This document shows, in pieces, positions 42,154 through 54,300 of a stretch of DNA of 64,000 nucleotides (positions are counted from its first letter, which is position 1; each line of letters begins with the position of its first letter). The DNA comes from Auanema rhodensis (Eukaryota > Animalia > Nematoda), in the NCBI GenBank assembly GCA_964057225.1, contig CAXKVF010000081.1, positions 316,452 to 380,451 on the forward strand, written 5' to 3'. Both the position numbers and the translations under genes were made by a program. The notes beneath the pieces are model-generated. The model was not told the DNA's origin. It ran no database searches and saw nothing but the letters and a program-made list of their open reading frames with translations.

Positions 42154-45100
42154 GTGTAATATGGACATGGGAAATCTAATTTTGAAAACCGCATCTCTTT
42201 ATCTTTCACGTGAAGCGAGTTACATACCAAGTGCACATCACGTGTACATTTAATTAGCATAAATTAAAGTTCACGTAAATTTCAAAGTCATGGTTACCAT
42301 GAACCAATATCAATAAAAGTTTGTTTTTAGACTAATATGGACATGGGGAATCAAATTTTGAAAACCGCATCTCTTTATCTTTCACGTGAAGCGAGTTACA
42401 TACCAAGTGCACATCACGTGTACATTTAATTAGCATAAATTAAAGTTCACGTAAATTTCAAAGTCATGGTTACCATGAACCAATATCAATGAAAATTTGT
42501 ATTCAGACTAATATGGACATGGGGAATCAAATTTTGAAAACCGCATCTCTTTATCTTTCACGTGTAGCGAGTTACATACCAAGTGCACATCACGTGTACA
42601 TTTAATTAGCATAAATTAAAGTTCACGTAAATTTCAAAGTCATGGTTACCATGCACCAATATCAATAAAAATTTGTTTTTAGACTAATATGGACATGGGG
42701 AATCTAATTTTGAAAACCGCATCTCTTTATCTTTCACGTGAAGCGAGTTACATACCAAGTGCACATCACGTGTACATTTAATTAGCATAAATTAAAGTTC
42801 ACGTAAATTTCAAAGTCATGGTTACCATGCACCAATATCAATAAAAATTTGTTTTTAGACTAATATGGACATGGGAAATCTAATTTTGAAAACCGCATCT
42901 CTTTATCTTTCACGTGAAGCGAGTTACATACCAAGTGCACATCACGTGTACATTTAATTAGCATAAATTAAAGTTCACGTAAATTTCAAAGTCATGGTTA
43001 CCATGAACCAATATCAATGAAAATTTGTTTTTAGACTAATATGGACATGGGGAATCAAATTTTGAAAACCGCATCTCTTTATCTTTCACGTGAAGCGAGT
43101 TACATACCAAGTGCACATCACGTGTACATTTAATTAGCATAAATTAAAGTTCACGTAAATTTCAAAGTCATGGTTACCATGAACCAATATCAATAAAAGT
43201 TTGTTTTTAGACTAATATGGACATGGGGAATCAAATTTTGAAAACCGCATCTCTTTATCTTTCACGTGAAGCGAGTTACATACCAAGTGCACATCACGTG
43301 TACATTTAATTAGCATAAATTAAAGTTCACGTAAATTTCAAAGTCATGGTTACCATGAACCAATATCAATGAAAATTTGTATTCAGACTAATATGGACAT
43401 GGGGAATCAAATTTTGAAAACCGCATCTCTTTATCTTTCACGTGAAGCGAGTTACATACCAAGTGCACATCACGTGTACATTTAATTAGCATAAATTAAA
43501 GTTCACGTAAATTTCAAAGTCATGGTTACCATGCACCAATATCAATAAAAATTTGTTTTTAGACTAATATGGACATGAGGAATCTAATTTTGAAAACCGC
43601 ATCTCTTCATCTTTCACGTGAAGCGAGTTACATACCAAGTGCACATCACGTGTACATTTAATTAGCATAAATTAAAGTTCACGTAAATTTCAAAGTCATG
43701 GTTACCATGCACCAATATCAATAAAAATTTGTTTTTAGACTAATATGGACATGGGAAATCTAATTTTGAAAACCGCATCTCTTTATCTTTCACGTGAAGC
43801 GAGTTACATACCAAGTGCACATCACGTGTACATTTAATTAGCATAAATTAAAGTTCACGTAAATTTCAAAGTCATGGTTACCATGAACCAATATCAATAA
43901 AAGTTTGTTTTTAGACTAATATGGACATGGGGAATCAAATTTTGAAAACCGCATCTCTTTATCTTTCACGTGAAGCGAGTTACATACCAAGTGCACATCA
44001 CGTGTACATTTAATTAGCATAAATTAAAGTTCACGTAAATTTCAAAGTCATGGTTACCATGCACCAATATCAATGAAAATTTGTTTTTAGACTAATATGG
44101 ACATGGGGAATCAAATTTTGAAAACCGCATCTCTTTATCTTTCACGTGAAGCGAGTTACATACCAAGTGCACATCACGTGTACATTTAATTAGCATAAAT
44201 TAAAGTTCACGTAAATTTCAAAGTCATGGTTACCATGCACCAATATCAATAAAAATTTGTTTTTAGACTAATATGGACATGGGGAATCTAATTTTGAAAA
44301 CCGCATCTCTTTATCTTTCACGTGAAGCGAGTTACATACCAAGTGCACATCACGTGTACATTTAATTAGCATAAATTAAAGTTCACGTAAATTTCAAAGT
44401 CATGGTTACCATGCACCAATATCAATAAAAATTTGTTTTTAGACTAATATGGACATGGGGAATCTAATTTTGAAAACCGCATCTCTTTATCTTTCACGTG
44501 AAGCGAGTTACATACCAAGTGCACATCACGTGTACATTTAATTAGCATAAATTAAAGTTCACGTAAATTTCAAAGTCATGGTTACCATGAACCAATATCA
44601 ATAAAAATTTGTTTTTAGACTAATATGGACATGGGGAATCAAATTTTGAAAACCGCATCTCTTTATCTTTCACGTGAAGCGAGTTACATACCAAGTGCAC
44701 ATCACGTGTACATTTAATTAGCATAAATTAAAGTTCACGTAAATTTCAAAGTCATGGTTACCATGCACCAATATCAATAAAAATTTGTTTTTAGACTAAT
44801 ATGGACATGGGGAATCTAATTTTGAAAACCGCAACTCTTTATCTTTCACGTGAAGCGAGTTACATACCAAGTGCACATCACGTGTACATTTAATTAGCAT
44901 AAATTAAAGTTCACGTAAATTTCAAAGTTATGGTTACCATGAACCAATATCAATGAAAATTTGTTTTTAGACTAATATGGACATGGGGAATCAAATTTTG
45001 AAAACCGCATCTCTTTATCTTTCACGTGAAGCGAGTTACATACCAAGTGCACATCACGTGTACATTTAATTAGCATAAATTAAAGTTCACGTAAATTTCA

Positions 45101-45337
45101 AAGTCATGGTTACCATGAACCAATATCAATAAAAGTTTGTTTTTAGACTAATATGGACATGGGGAATCAAATTTTGAAAACCGCATCTCTTTATCTTTCA
45201 CGTGAAGCGAGTTACATACCAAGTGCACATCACGTGTACATTTAATTAGCATAAATTAAAGTTCACGTAAATTTCAAAGTCATGGTTACCATGCACCAAT
45301 ATCAATAAAAATTTGTTTTTAGACTAATATGGACATG
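38453..45337. repeat. Variant-identical inverted repeat: arms 38453-41084 and 42706-45337 (2632 bp), spacer 1621 bp
   Basis: Rare SNVs mirror about one axis: 38861/44929, 38956/44834 and 40182/43608 each sum to 83790. The order of common variants matches over 14 consecutive monomers. First mismatches are at 38452/45338 and 41085/42705. Confidence 0.85.
42148..42170. other. Right inversion junction with 3-bp insertion (GTG)
   Basis: The junction reads ccatgt[gtg]taatatggacatgg. The reverse consensus would continue ccatatt and the forward consensus would be preceded by gac, so 42154-42156 matches neither. Confidence 0.92.
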
Positions 45338-48300
45338 AGGAATCTAATTTTGAAAACCGCATCTCTTTATCTTTCACGTGAAGCGAGTTACATACCAAGT
45401 GCACATCACGTGTACATTTAATTAGCATAAATTAAAGTTCACGTAAATTTCAAAGTCATGGTTACCATGAACCAATATCAATGAAAATTTGTTTTTAGAC
45501 TAATATGGACATGGGGAATCAAATTTTGAAAACCGCATCTCTTTATCTTTCACGTGAAGCGAGTTACATACCAAGTGCACATCACGTGTACATTTAATTA
45601 GCATAAATTAAAGTTCACGTAAATTTCAAAGTCATGGTTACCATGCACCAATATCAATAAAAATTTGTTTTTAGACTAATATGGACATGGGGAATCAAAT
45701 TTTGAAAACCGCATCTCTTTATCTTTCACGTGAAGCGAGTTACATACCAAGTGCACATCACGTGTACATTTAATTAGCATAAATTAAAGTTCACGTAAAT
45801 TTCAAAGTCATGGTTACCATGAACCAATATCAATAAAAGTTTGTTTTTAGACTAATATGGACATGGGGAATCAAATTTTGAAAACCGCATCTCTTTATCT
45901 TTCACGTGAAGCGAGTTACATACCAAGTGCACATCACGTGTACATTTAATTAGCATAAATTAAAGTTCACGTAAATTTCAAAGTCATGGTTACCATGAAC
46001 CAATATCAATAAAAATTTGTTTTTAGACTAATATGGACATGGGGAATCTAATTTTGAAAACCGCATCACTTTATCTTTCACGTGAAGCGAGTTACATACC
46101 AAGTGCACATCACGTGTACATTTAATTAGCATAAATTAAAGTTCACGTAAATTTCAAAGTCATGGTTACCATGCACCAATATCAATAAAAATTTGTTTTT
46201 AGACTAATATGGACATGGGCAATCTAATTTTGAAAACCGCATCTCTTTATCTTTCACGTGAAGCGAGTTACATACCAAGTGCACATCACGTGTACATTTA
46301 ATTAGCATAAATTAAAGTTCACGTAAATTTCAAAGTCATGGTTACCATGAACCAATATCAATAAAAATTTGTTTTTAGACTAATATGTACATGGGGAATC
46401 TAATTTTGAAAACCGCATCTCTTTATCTTTCACGTGAAGCGAGTTACATACCAAGTGCACATCACGTGTACATTTAATTAGCATAAATTAAAGTTCACGT
46501 AAATTTCAAAGTCATGGTTACCATGCACCAATATCAATAAAAATTTGTTTTTAGACTAATATGGACATGGGGAATCTAATTTTGAAAACCGCATCTCTTT
46601 ATCTTTCACGTGAAGCGAGTTACATACCAAGTGCACATCACGTGTACATTTAATTAGCATAAATTAAAGTTCACGTAAATTTCAAAGTCATGGTTACCAT
46701 GAACCAATATCAATGAAAATTTGTTTTTAGACTAATATGGACATGGGGAATCAAATTTTGAAAACCGCATCTCTTTATCTTTCACGTGAAGCGAGTTACA
46801 TACCAAGTGCACATCACGTGTACATTTAATTAGCATAAATTAAAGTTCACGTAAATTTCAAAGTCATGGTTACCATGCACCAATATCAATAAAAATTTGT
46901 TTTTAGACTAATATGGACATGGGGAATCTAATTTTGAAAACCGCATCTCTTTATCTTTCACGTGAAGCGAGTTACATACCAAGTGCACATCACGTGTACA
47001 TTTAATTAGCATAAATTAAAGTTCACGTAAATTTCAAAGTCATGGTTACCATGCACCAATATCAATAAAAATTTGTTTTTAGACTAATATGGACATGGGG
47101 AATCTAATTTTGAAAACCGCATCTCTTTATCTTTCACGTGAATCGAGTTACATACCAAGTGCACATCACGTGTACATTTAATTAGCATAAATTAAAGTTC
47201 ACGTAAATTTCAAAGTCATGGTTACCATGAACCAATATCAATCAAAATTTTTTTTTAGACTAATATGGACATGGGGAATCTAATTTTGAAAACCGCATCT
47301 CTTTATCTTTCACGTGAAGCGAGTTACATACCAAGTGCACATCACGTGTACATTTAATTAGCATAAATTAAAGTTCACGTAAATTTCAAAGTCATGGTTA
47401 CCATGCACCAATATCAATAAAAATTTGTTTTTAGACTAATATGGACATGGGGAATCTAATTTTGAAAACCGCATCTCTTTATCTTTCACGTGAAGCGAGT
47501 TACATACCAAGTGCACATCACGTGTACATTTAATTAGCATAAATTAAAGTTCACGTAAATTTCAAAGTCATGGTTACCATGCACCAATATCAATAAAAAT
47601 TTGTTTTTAGACTAATATGGACATGGGGAATCTAATTTTGAAAACCGCATCTCTTTATCTTTCACGTGAATCGAGTTACATATCAAGTGCACATCACGTG
47701 TACATTTAATTAGCATAAATTAAAGTTCACGTAAATTTCAAAGTCATGGTTACCATGCACCAATATCAATAAAAATTTGTTTTTAGACTAATATGGACAT
47801 GGGGAATCTAATTTTGAAAACCGCATCTCTTTATCTTTCACGTGAAGCGAGTTACATACCAAGTGCACATCACGTGTACATTTAATTAGCATAAATTAAA
47901 GTTCACGTAAATTTCAAAGTCATGGTTACCATGAACCAATATCAATGAAAATTTGTTTTTAGACTAATATGGACATGGGGAATCAAATTTTGAAAACCGC
48001 ATCTCTTTATCTTTCACGTGAAGCGAGTTACATACCAAGTGCACATCACGTGTACATTTAATTAGCATAAATTAAAGTTCACGTAAATTTCAAAGTCATG
48101 GTTACCATGCACCAATATCAATAAAAATTTGTTTTTAGACTAATATGGACATGGGGAATCTAATTTTGAAAACCGCATCTCTTTATCTTTCACGTGAAGC
48201 GAGTTACATACCAAGTGCACATCACGTGTACATTTAATTAGCATAAATTAAAGTTCACGTAAATTTCAAAGTCATGGTTACCATGCACCAATATCAATAA

Positions 48301-51300
48301 AAATTTGTTTTTAGACTAATATGGACATGGGGAATCTAATTTTGAAAACCGCATCTCTTTATCTTTCACGTGAATCGAGTTACATACCAAGTGCACATCA
48401 CGTGTACATTTAATTAGCATAAATTAAAGTTCACGTAAATTTCAAAGTCATGGTTACCATGAACCAATATCAATCAAAATTTTTTTTTAGACTAATATGG
48501 ACATGGGGAATCTAATTTTGAAAACCGCATCTCTTTATCTTTCACGTGAAGCGAGTTACATACCAAGTGCACATCACGTGTACATTTAATTAGCATAAAT
48601 TAAAGTTCACGTAAATTTCAAAGTCATGGTTACCATGCACCAATATCAATAAAAATTTGTTTTTAGACTAATATGGACATGGGGAATCTAATTTTGAAAA
48701 CCGCATCTCTTTATCTTTCACGTGAAGCGAGTTACATACCAAGTGCACATCACGTGTACATTTAATTAGCATAAATTAAAGTTCACGTAAATTTCAAAGT
48801 CATGGTTACCATGCACCAATATCAATAAAAATTTGTTTTTAGACTAATATGGACATGGGGAATCTAATTTTGAAAACCGCATCTCTTTATCTTTCACGTG
48901 AATCGAGTTACATATCAAGTGCACATCACGTGTACATTTAATTAGCATAAATTAAAGTTCACGTAAATTTCAAAGTCATGGTTACCATGCACCAATATCA
49001 ATAAAAATTTGTTTTTAGACTAATATGGACATGGGGAATCTAATTTTGAAAACCGCATCTCTTTATCTTTCACGTGAAGCGAGTTACATACCAAGTGCAC
49101 ATCACGTGTACATTTAATTAGCATAAATTAAAGTTCACGTAAATTTCAAAGTCATGGTTACCATGAACCAATATCAATAAAAATTTGTTTTTAGACTAAT
49201 ATGGACATGAAGAATCAAATTTTGAAAACCGCATCTCTTTATCTTTCACGTGAAGCGAGTTACATACCAAGTGCACATCACGTGTACATTTAATTAGCAT
49301 AAATTAAAGTTCACGTAAATTTCAAAGTCATGGTTACCATGAACCAATATCAATAAAAATTTGTTTTTAGACTAATATGGACATGGGGAATCTAATTTTG
49401 AAAACCGCATCTCTTTATCTTTCACGTGAAGCGAGTTACATACCAAGTGCACATCACGTGTACATTTAATTAGCATAAATTAAAGTTCACGTAAATTTCA
49501 AAGTCATGGTTACCATGCACCAATATCAATAAAAATTTGTTTTTAGACTAATATGGACATGGGGAATCTAATTTTGAAAACCGCATCTCTTTATCTTTCA
49601 CGTGAAGCGAGTTACATACCAAGTGCACATCACGTGTACATTTAATTAGCATAAATTAAAGTTCACGTAAATTTCAAAGTCATGGTTACCATGAACCAAT
49701 ATCAATGAAAATTTGTTTTTAGACTAATATGGACATGGGGAATCAAATTTTGAAAACCGCATCTCTTTATCTTTCACGTGAAGCGAGTTACATACCAAGT
49801 GCACATCACGTGTACATTTAATTAGCATAAATTAAAGTTCACGTAAATTTCAAAGTCATGGTTACCATGCACCAATATCAATAAAAATTTGTTTTTAGAC
49901 TAATATGGACATGGGGAATCTAATTTTGAAAACCGCATCTCTTTATCTTTCACGTGAAGCGAGTTACATACCAAGTGCACATCACGTGTACATTTAATTA
50001 GCATAAATTAAAGTTCACGTAAATTTCAAAGTCATGGTTACCATGAACCAATATCAATAAAAATTTGTTTTTAGACTAATATGGACATGGGGAATCAAAT
50101 TTTGAAAACCGCATCTCTTTATCTTTCACGTGAAGCGAGTTACATACCAAGTGCACATCACGTGTACATTTAATTAGCATAAATTAAAGTTCACGTAAAT
50201 TTCAAAGTCATGGTTACCATGCACCAATATCAATAAAAATTTGTTTTTAGACTAATATGGACATGGGGAATCTAATTTTGAAAACCGCAACTCTTTATCT
50301 TTCACGTGAAGCGAGTTACATACCAAGTGCACATCACGTGTACATTTAATTAGCATAAATTAAAGTTCACGTAAATTTCAAAGTCATGGTTACCATGAAC
50401 CAATATCAATGAAAATTTGTTTTTAGACTAATATGGACATGGGGAATCAAATTTTGAAAACCGCATCTCTTTATCTTTCACGTGAAGCGAGTTACATACC
50501 AAGTGCACATCACGTGTACATTTAATTAGCATAAATTAAAGTTCACGTAAATTTCAAAGTCATGGTTACCATGAACCAATATCAATAAAAGTTTGTTTTT
50601 AGACTAATATGGACATGGGGAATCAAATTTTGAAAACCGCATCTCTTTATCTTTCACGTGAAGCGAGTTACATACCAAGTGCACATCACGTGTACATTTA
50701 ATTAGCATAAATTAAAGTTCACGTAAATTTCAAAGTCATGGTTACCATGCACCAATATCAATAAAAATTTGTTTTTAGACTAATATGGACATGAGGAATC
50801 TAATTTTGAAAACCGCATCTCTTTATCTTTCACGTGAAGCGAGTTACATACCAAGTGCACATCACGTGTACATTTAATTAGCATAAATTAAAGTTCACGT
50901 AAATTTCAAAGTCATGGTTACCATGAACCAATATCAATGAAAATTTGTTTTTAGACTAATATGGACATGGAAAATCAAATTTTGAAAACCGCATCTCTTT
51001 ATCTTTCACGTGAAGCGAGTTACATACCAAGTGCACATCACGTGTACATTTAATTAGCATAAATTAAAGTTCACGTAAATTTCAAAGTCATGGTTACCAT
51101 GCACCAATATCAATAAAAATTTGTTTTTAGACTAATATGGACATGGGGAATCAAATTTTGAAAACCGCATCTCTTTATCTTTCACGTGAAGCGAGTTACA
51201 TACCAAGTGCACATCACGTGTACATTTAATTAGCATAAATTAAAGTTCACGTAAATTTCAAAGTCATGGTTACCATGAACCAATATCAATAAAAGTTTGT

Positions 51301-54300
51301 TTTTAGACTAATATGGACATGGGGAATCAAATTTTGAAAACCGCATCTCTTTATCTTTCACGTGAAGCGAGTTACATACCAAGTGCACATCACGTGTACA
51401 TTTAATTAGCATAAATTAAAGTTCACGTAAATTTCAAAGTCATGGTTACCATGCACCAATATCAATAAAAATTTGTTTTTAGACTAATATGGACATGGGG
51501 AATCTAATTTTGAAAACCGCATCTCTTTATCTTTCACGTGAAGCGAGTTACATACCAAGTGCACATCACGTGTACATTTAATTAGCATAAATTAAAGTTC
51601 ACGTAAATTTCAAAGTCATGGTTACCATGCACCAATATCAATAAAAATTTGTTTTTAGACTAATATGGACATGGGGAATCAAATTTTGAAAACCGCATCT
51701 CTTTATCTTTCACGTGAAGCGAGTTACATACCAAGTGCACATCACGTGTACATTTAATTAGCATAAATTAAAGTTCACGTAAATTTCAAAGTCATGGTTA
51801 CCATGCACCAATATCAATAAAAATTTGTTTTTAGACTAATATGGACATGGGGAATCTAATTTTGAAAACCGCATCTCTTTATCTTTCACGTGAAGCGAGT
51901 TACATACCAAGTGCACATCACGTGTACATTTAATTAGCATAAATTAAAGTTCACGTAAATTTCAAAGTCATGGTTACCATGAACCAATATCAATAAAAAT
52001 TTGTTTTTAGACTAATATGTACATGGGGAATCTAATTTTGAAAACCGCATCTCTTTATCTTTCACGTGAAGCGAGTTACATACCAAGTGCACATCACGTG
52101 TACATTTAATTAGCATAAATTAAAGTTCACGTAAATTTCAAAGTCATGGTTACCATGCACCAATATCAATAAAAATTTGTTTTTAGACTAATATGGACAT
52201 GGGGAATCTAATTTTGAAAACCGCATCTCTTTATCTTTCACGTGAAGCGAGTTACATACCAAGTGCACATCACGTGTACATTTAATTAGCATAAATTAAA
52301 GTTCACGTAAATTTCAAAGTCATGGTTACCATGAACCAATATCAATGAAAATTTGTTTTTAGACTAATATGGACATGGGGAATCAAATTTTGAAAACCGC
52401 ATCTCTTTATCTTTCACGTGAAGCGAGTTACATACCAAGTGCACATCACGTGTACATTTAATTAGCATAAATTAAAGTTCACGTAAATTTCAAAGTCATG
52501 GTTACCATGCACCAATATCAATAAAAATTTGTTTTTAGACTAATATGGACATGGGGAATCTAATTTTGAAAACCGCATCTCTTTATCTTTCACGTGAAGC
52601 GAGTTACATACCAAGTGCACATCACGTGTACATTTAATTAGCATAAATTAAAGTTCACGTAAATTTCAAAGTCATGGTTACCATGCACCAATATCAATAA
52701 AAATTTGTTTTTAGACTAATATGGACATGGGGAATCTAATTTTGAAAACCGCATCTCTTTATCTTTCACGTGAATCGAGTTACATACCAAGTGCACATCA
52801 CGTGTACATTTAATTAGCATAAATTAAAGTTCACGTAAATTTCAAAGTCATGGTTACCATGAACCAATATCAATAAAAATTTGTTTTTAGACTAATATGG
52901 ACATGGGGAATCTAATTTTGAAAACCGCATCTCTTTATCTTTCACGTGAAGCGAGTTACATACCAAGTGCACATCACGTGTACATTTAATTAGCATAAAT
53001 TAAAGTTCACGTAAATTTCAAAGTCATGGTTACCATGCACCAATATCAATAAAAATTTGTTTTTAGACTAATATGGACATGGGGAATCTAATTTTGAAAA
53101 CCGCATCTCTTTATCTTTCACGTGAAGCGAGTTACATACCAAGTGCACATCACGTGTACATTTAATTAGCATAAATTAAAGTTCACGTAAATTTCAAAGT
53201 CATGGTTACCATGCACCAATATCAATAAAAATTTGTTTTTAGACTAATATGGACATGGGGAATCTAATTTTGAAAACCGCATCTCTTTATCTTTCACGTG
53301 AATCGAGTTACATATCAAGTGCACATCACGTGTACATTTAATTAGCATAAATTAAAGTTCACGTAAATTTCAAAGTCATGGTTATCATGCACCAATATCA
53401 ATAAAAATTTGTTTTTAGACTAATATGGACATGGGGAATCAAATTTTGAAAACCGCATCTCTTTATCTTTCACGTGAAGCGAGTTACATACCAAGTGCAC
53501 ATCACGTGTACATTTAATTAGCATAAATTAAAGTTCACGTAAATTTCAAAGTCATGGTTACCATGCACCAATATCAATAAAAATTTGTTTTTAGACTAAT
53601 ATGGACATGGGGAATCTAATTTTGAAAACCGCATCTCTTTATCTTTCACGTGAAGCGAGTTACATACCAAGTGCACATCACGTGTACATTTAATTAGCAT
53701 AAATTAAAGTTCACGTAAATTTCAAAGTCATGGTTACCATGAACCAATATCAATAAAAATTTGTTTTTAGACTAATATGGACATGAAGAATCAAATTTTG
53801 AAAACCGCATCTCTTTATCTTTCACGTGAAGCGAGTTACATACCAAGTGCACATCACGTGTACATTTAATTAGCATAAATTAAAGTTCACGTAATTTTCA
53901 AAGTCATGGTTACCATGAACCAATATCAATAAAAATTTGTTTTTAGACTAATATGGACATGGGGAATCTAATTTTGAAAACCGCATCTCTTTATCTTTCA
54001 CGTGAAGCGAGTTACATACCAAGTGCACATCACGTGTACATTTAATTAGCATAAATTAAAGTTCACGTAAATTTCAAAGTCATGGTTACCATGCACCAAT
54101 ATCAATAAAAATTTGTTTTTAGACTAATATGGACATGGGGAATCTAATTTTGAAAACCGCATCTCTTTATCTTTCACGTGAAGCGAGTTACATACCAAGT
54201 GCACATCACGTGTACATTTAATTAGCATAAATTAAAGTTCACGTAAATTTCAAAGTCATGGTTACCATGAACCAATATCAATGAAAATTTGTTTTTAGAC

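Noticed and set aside
35375-42156. Inverted block as a transposon, or as a simple fold-back read chimera
   Set aside because: It contains only satellite sequence, with no TIRs, LTRs or poly(A). Monomers directly facing each other across the right junction differ (ggggaatcaa vs gggaaatcta) and the mirror axes are offset from the junction, unlike a single fold-back chimera. Read-level confirmation is still needed.
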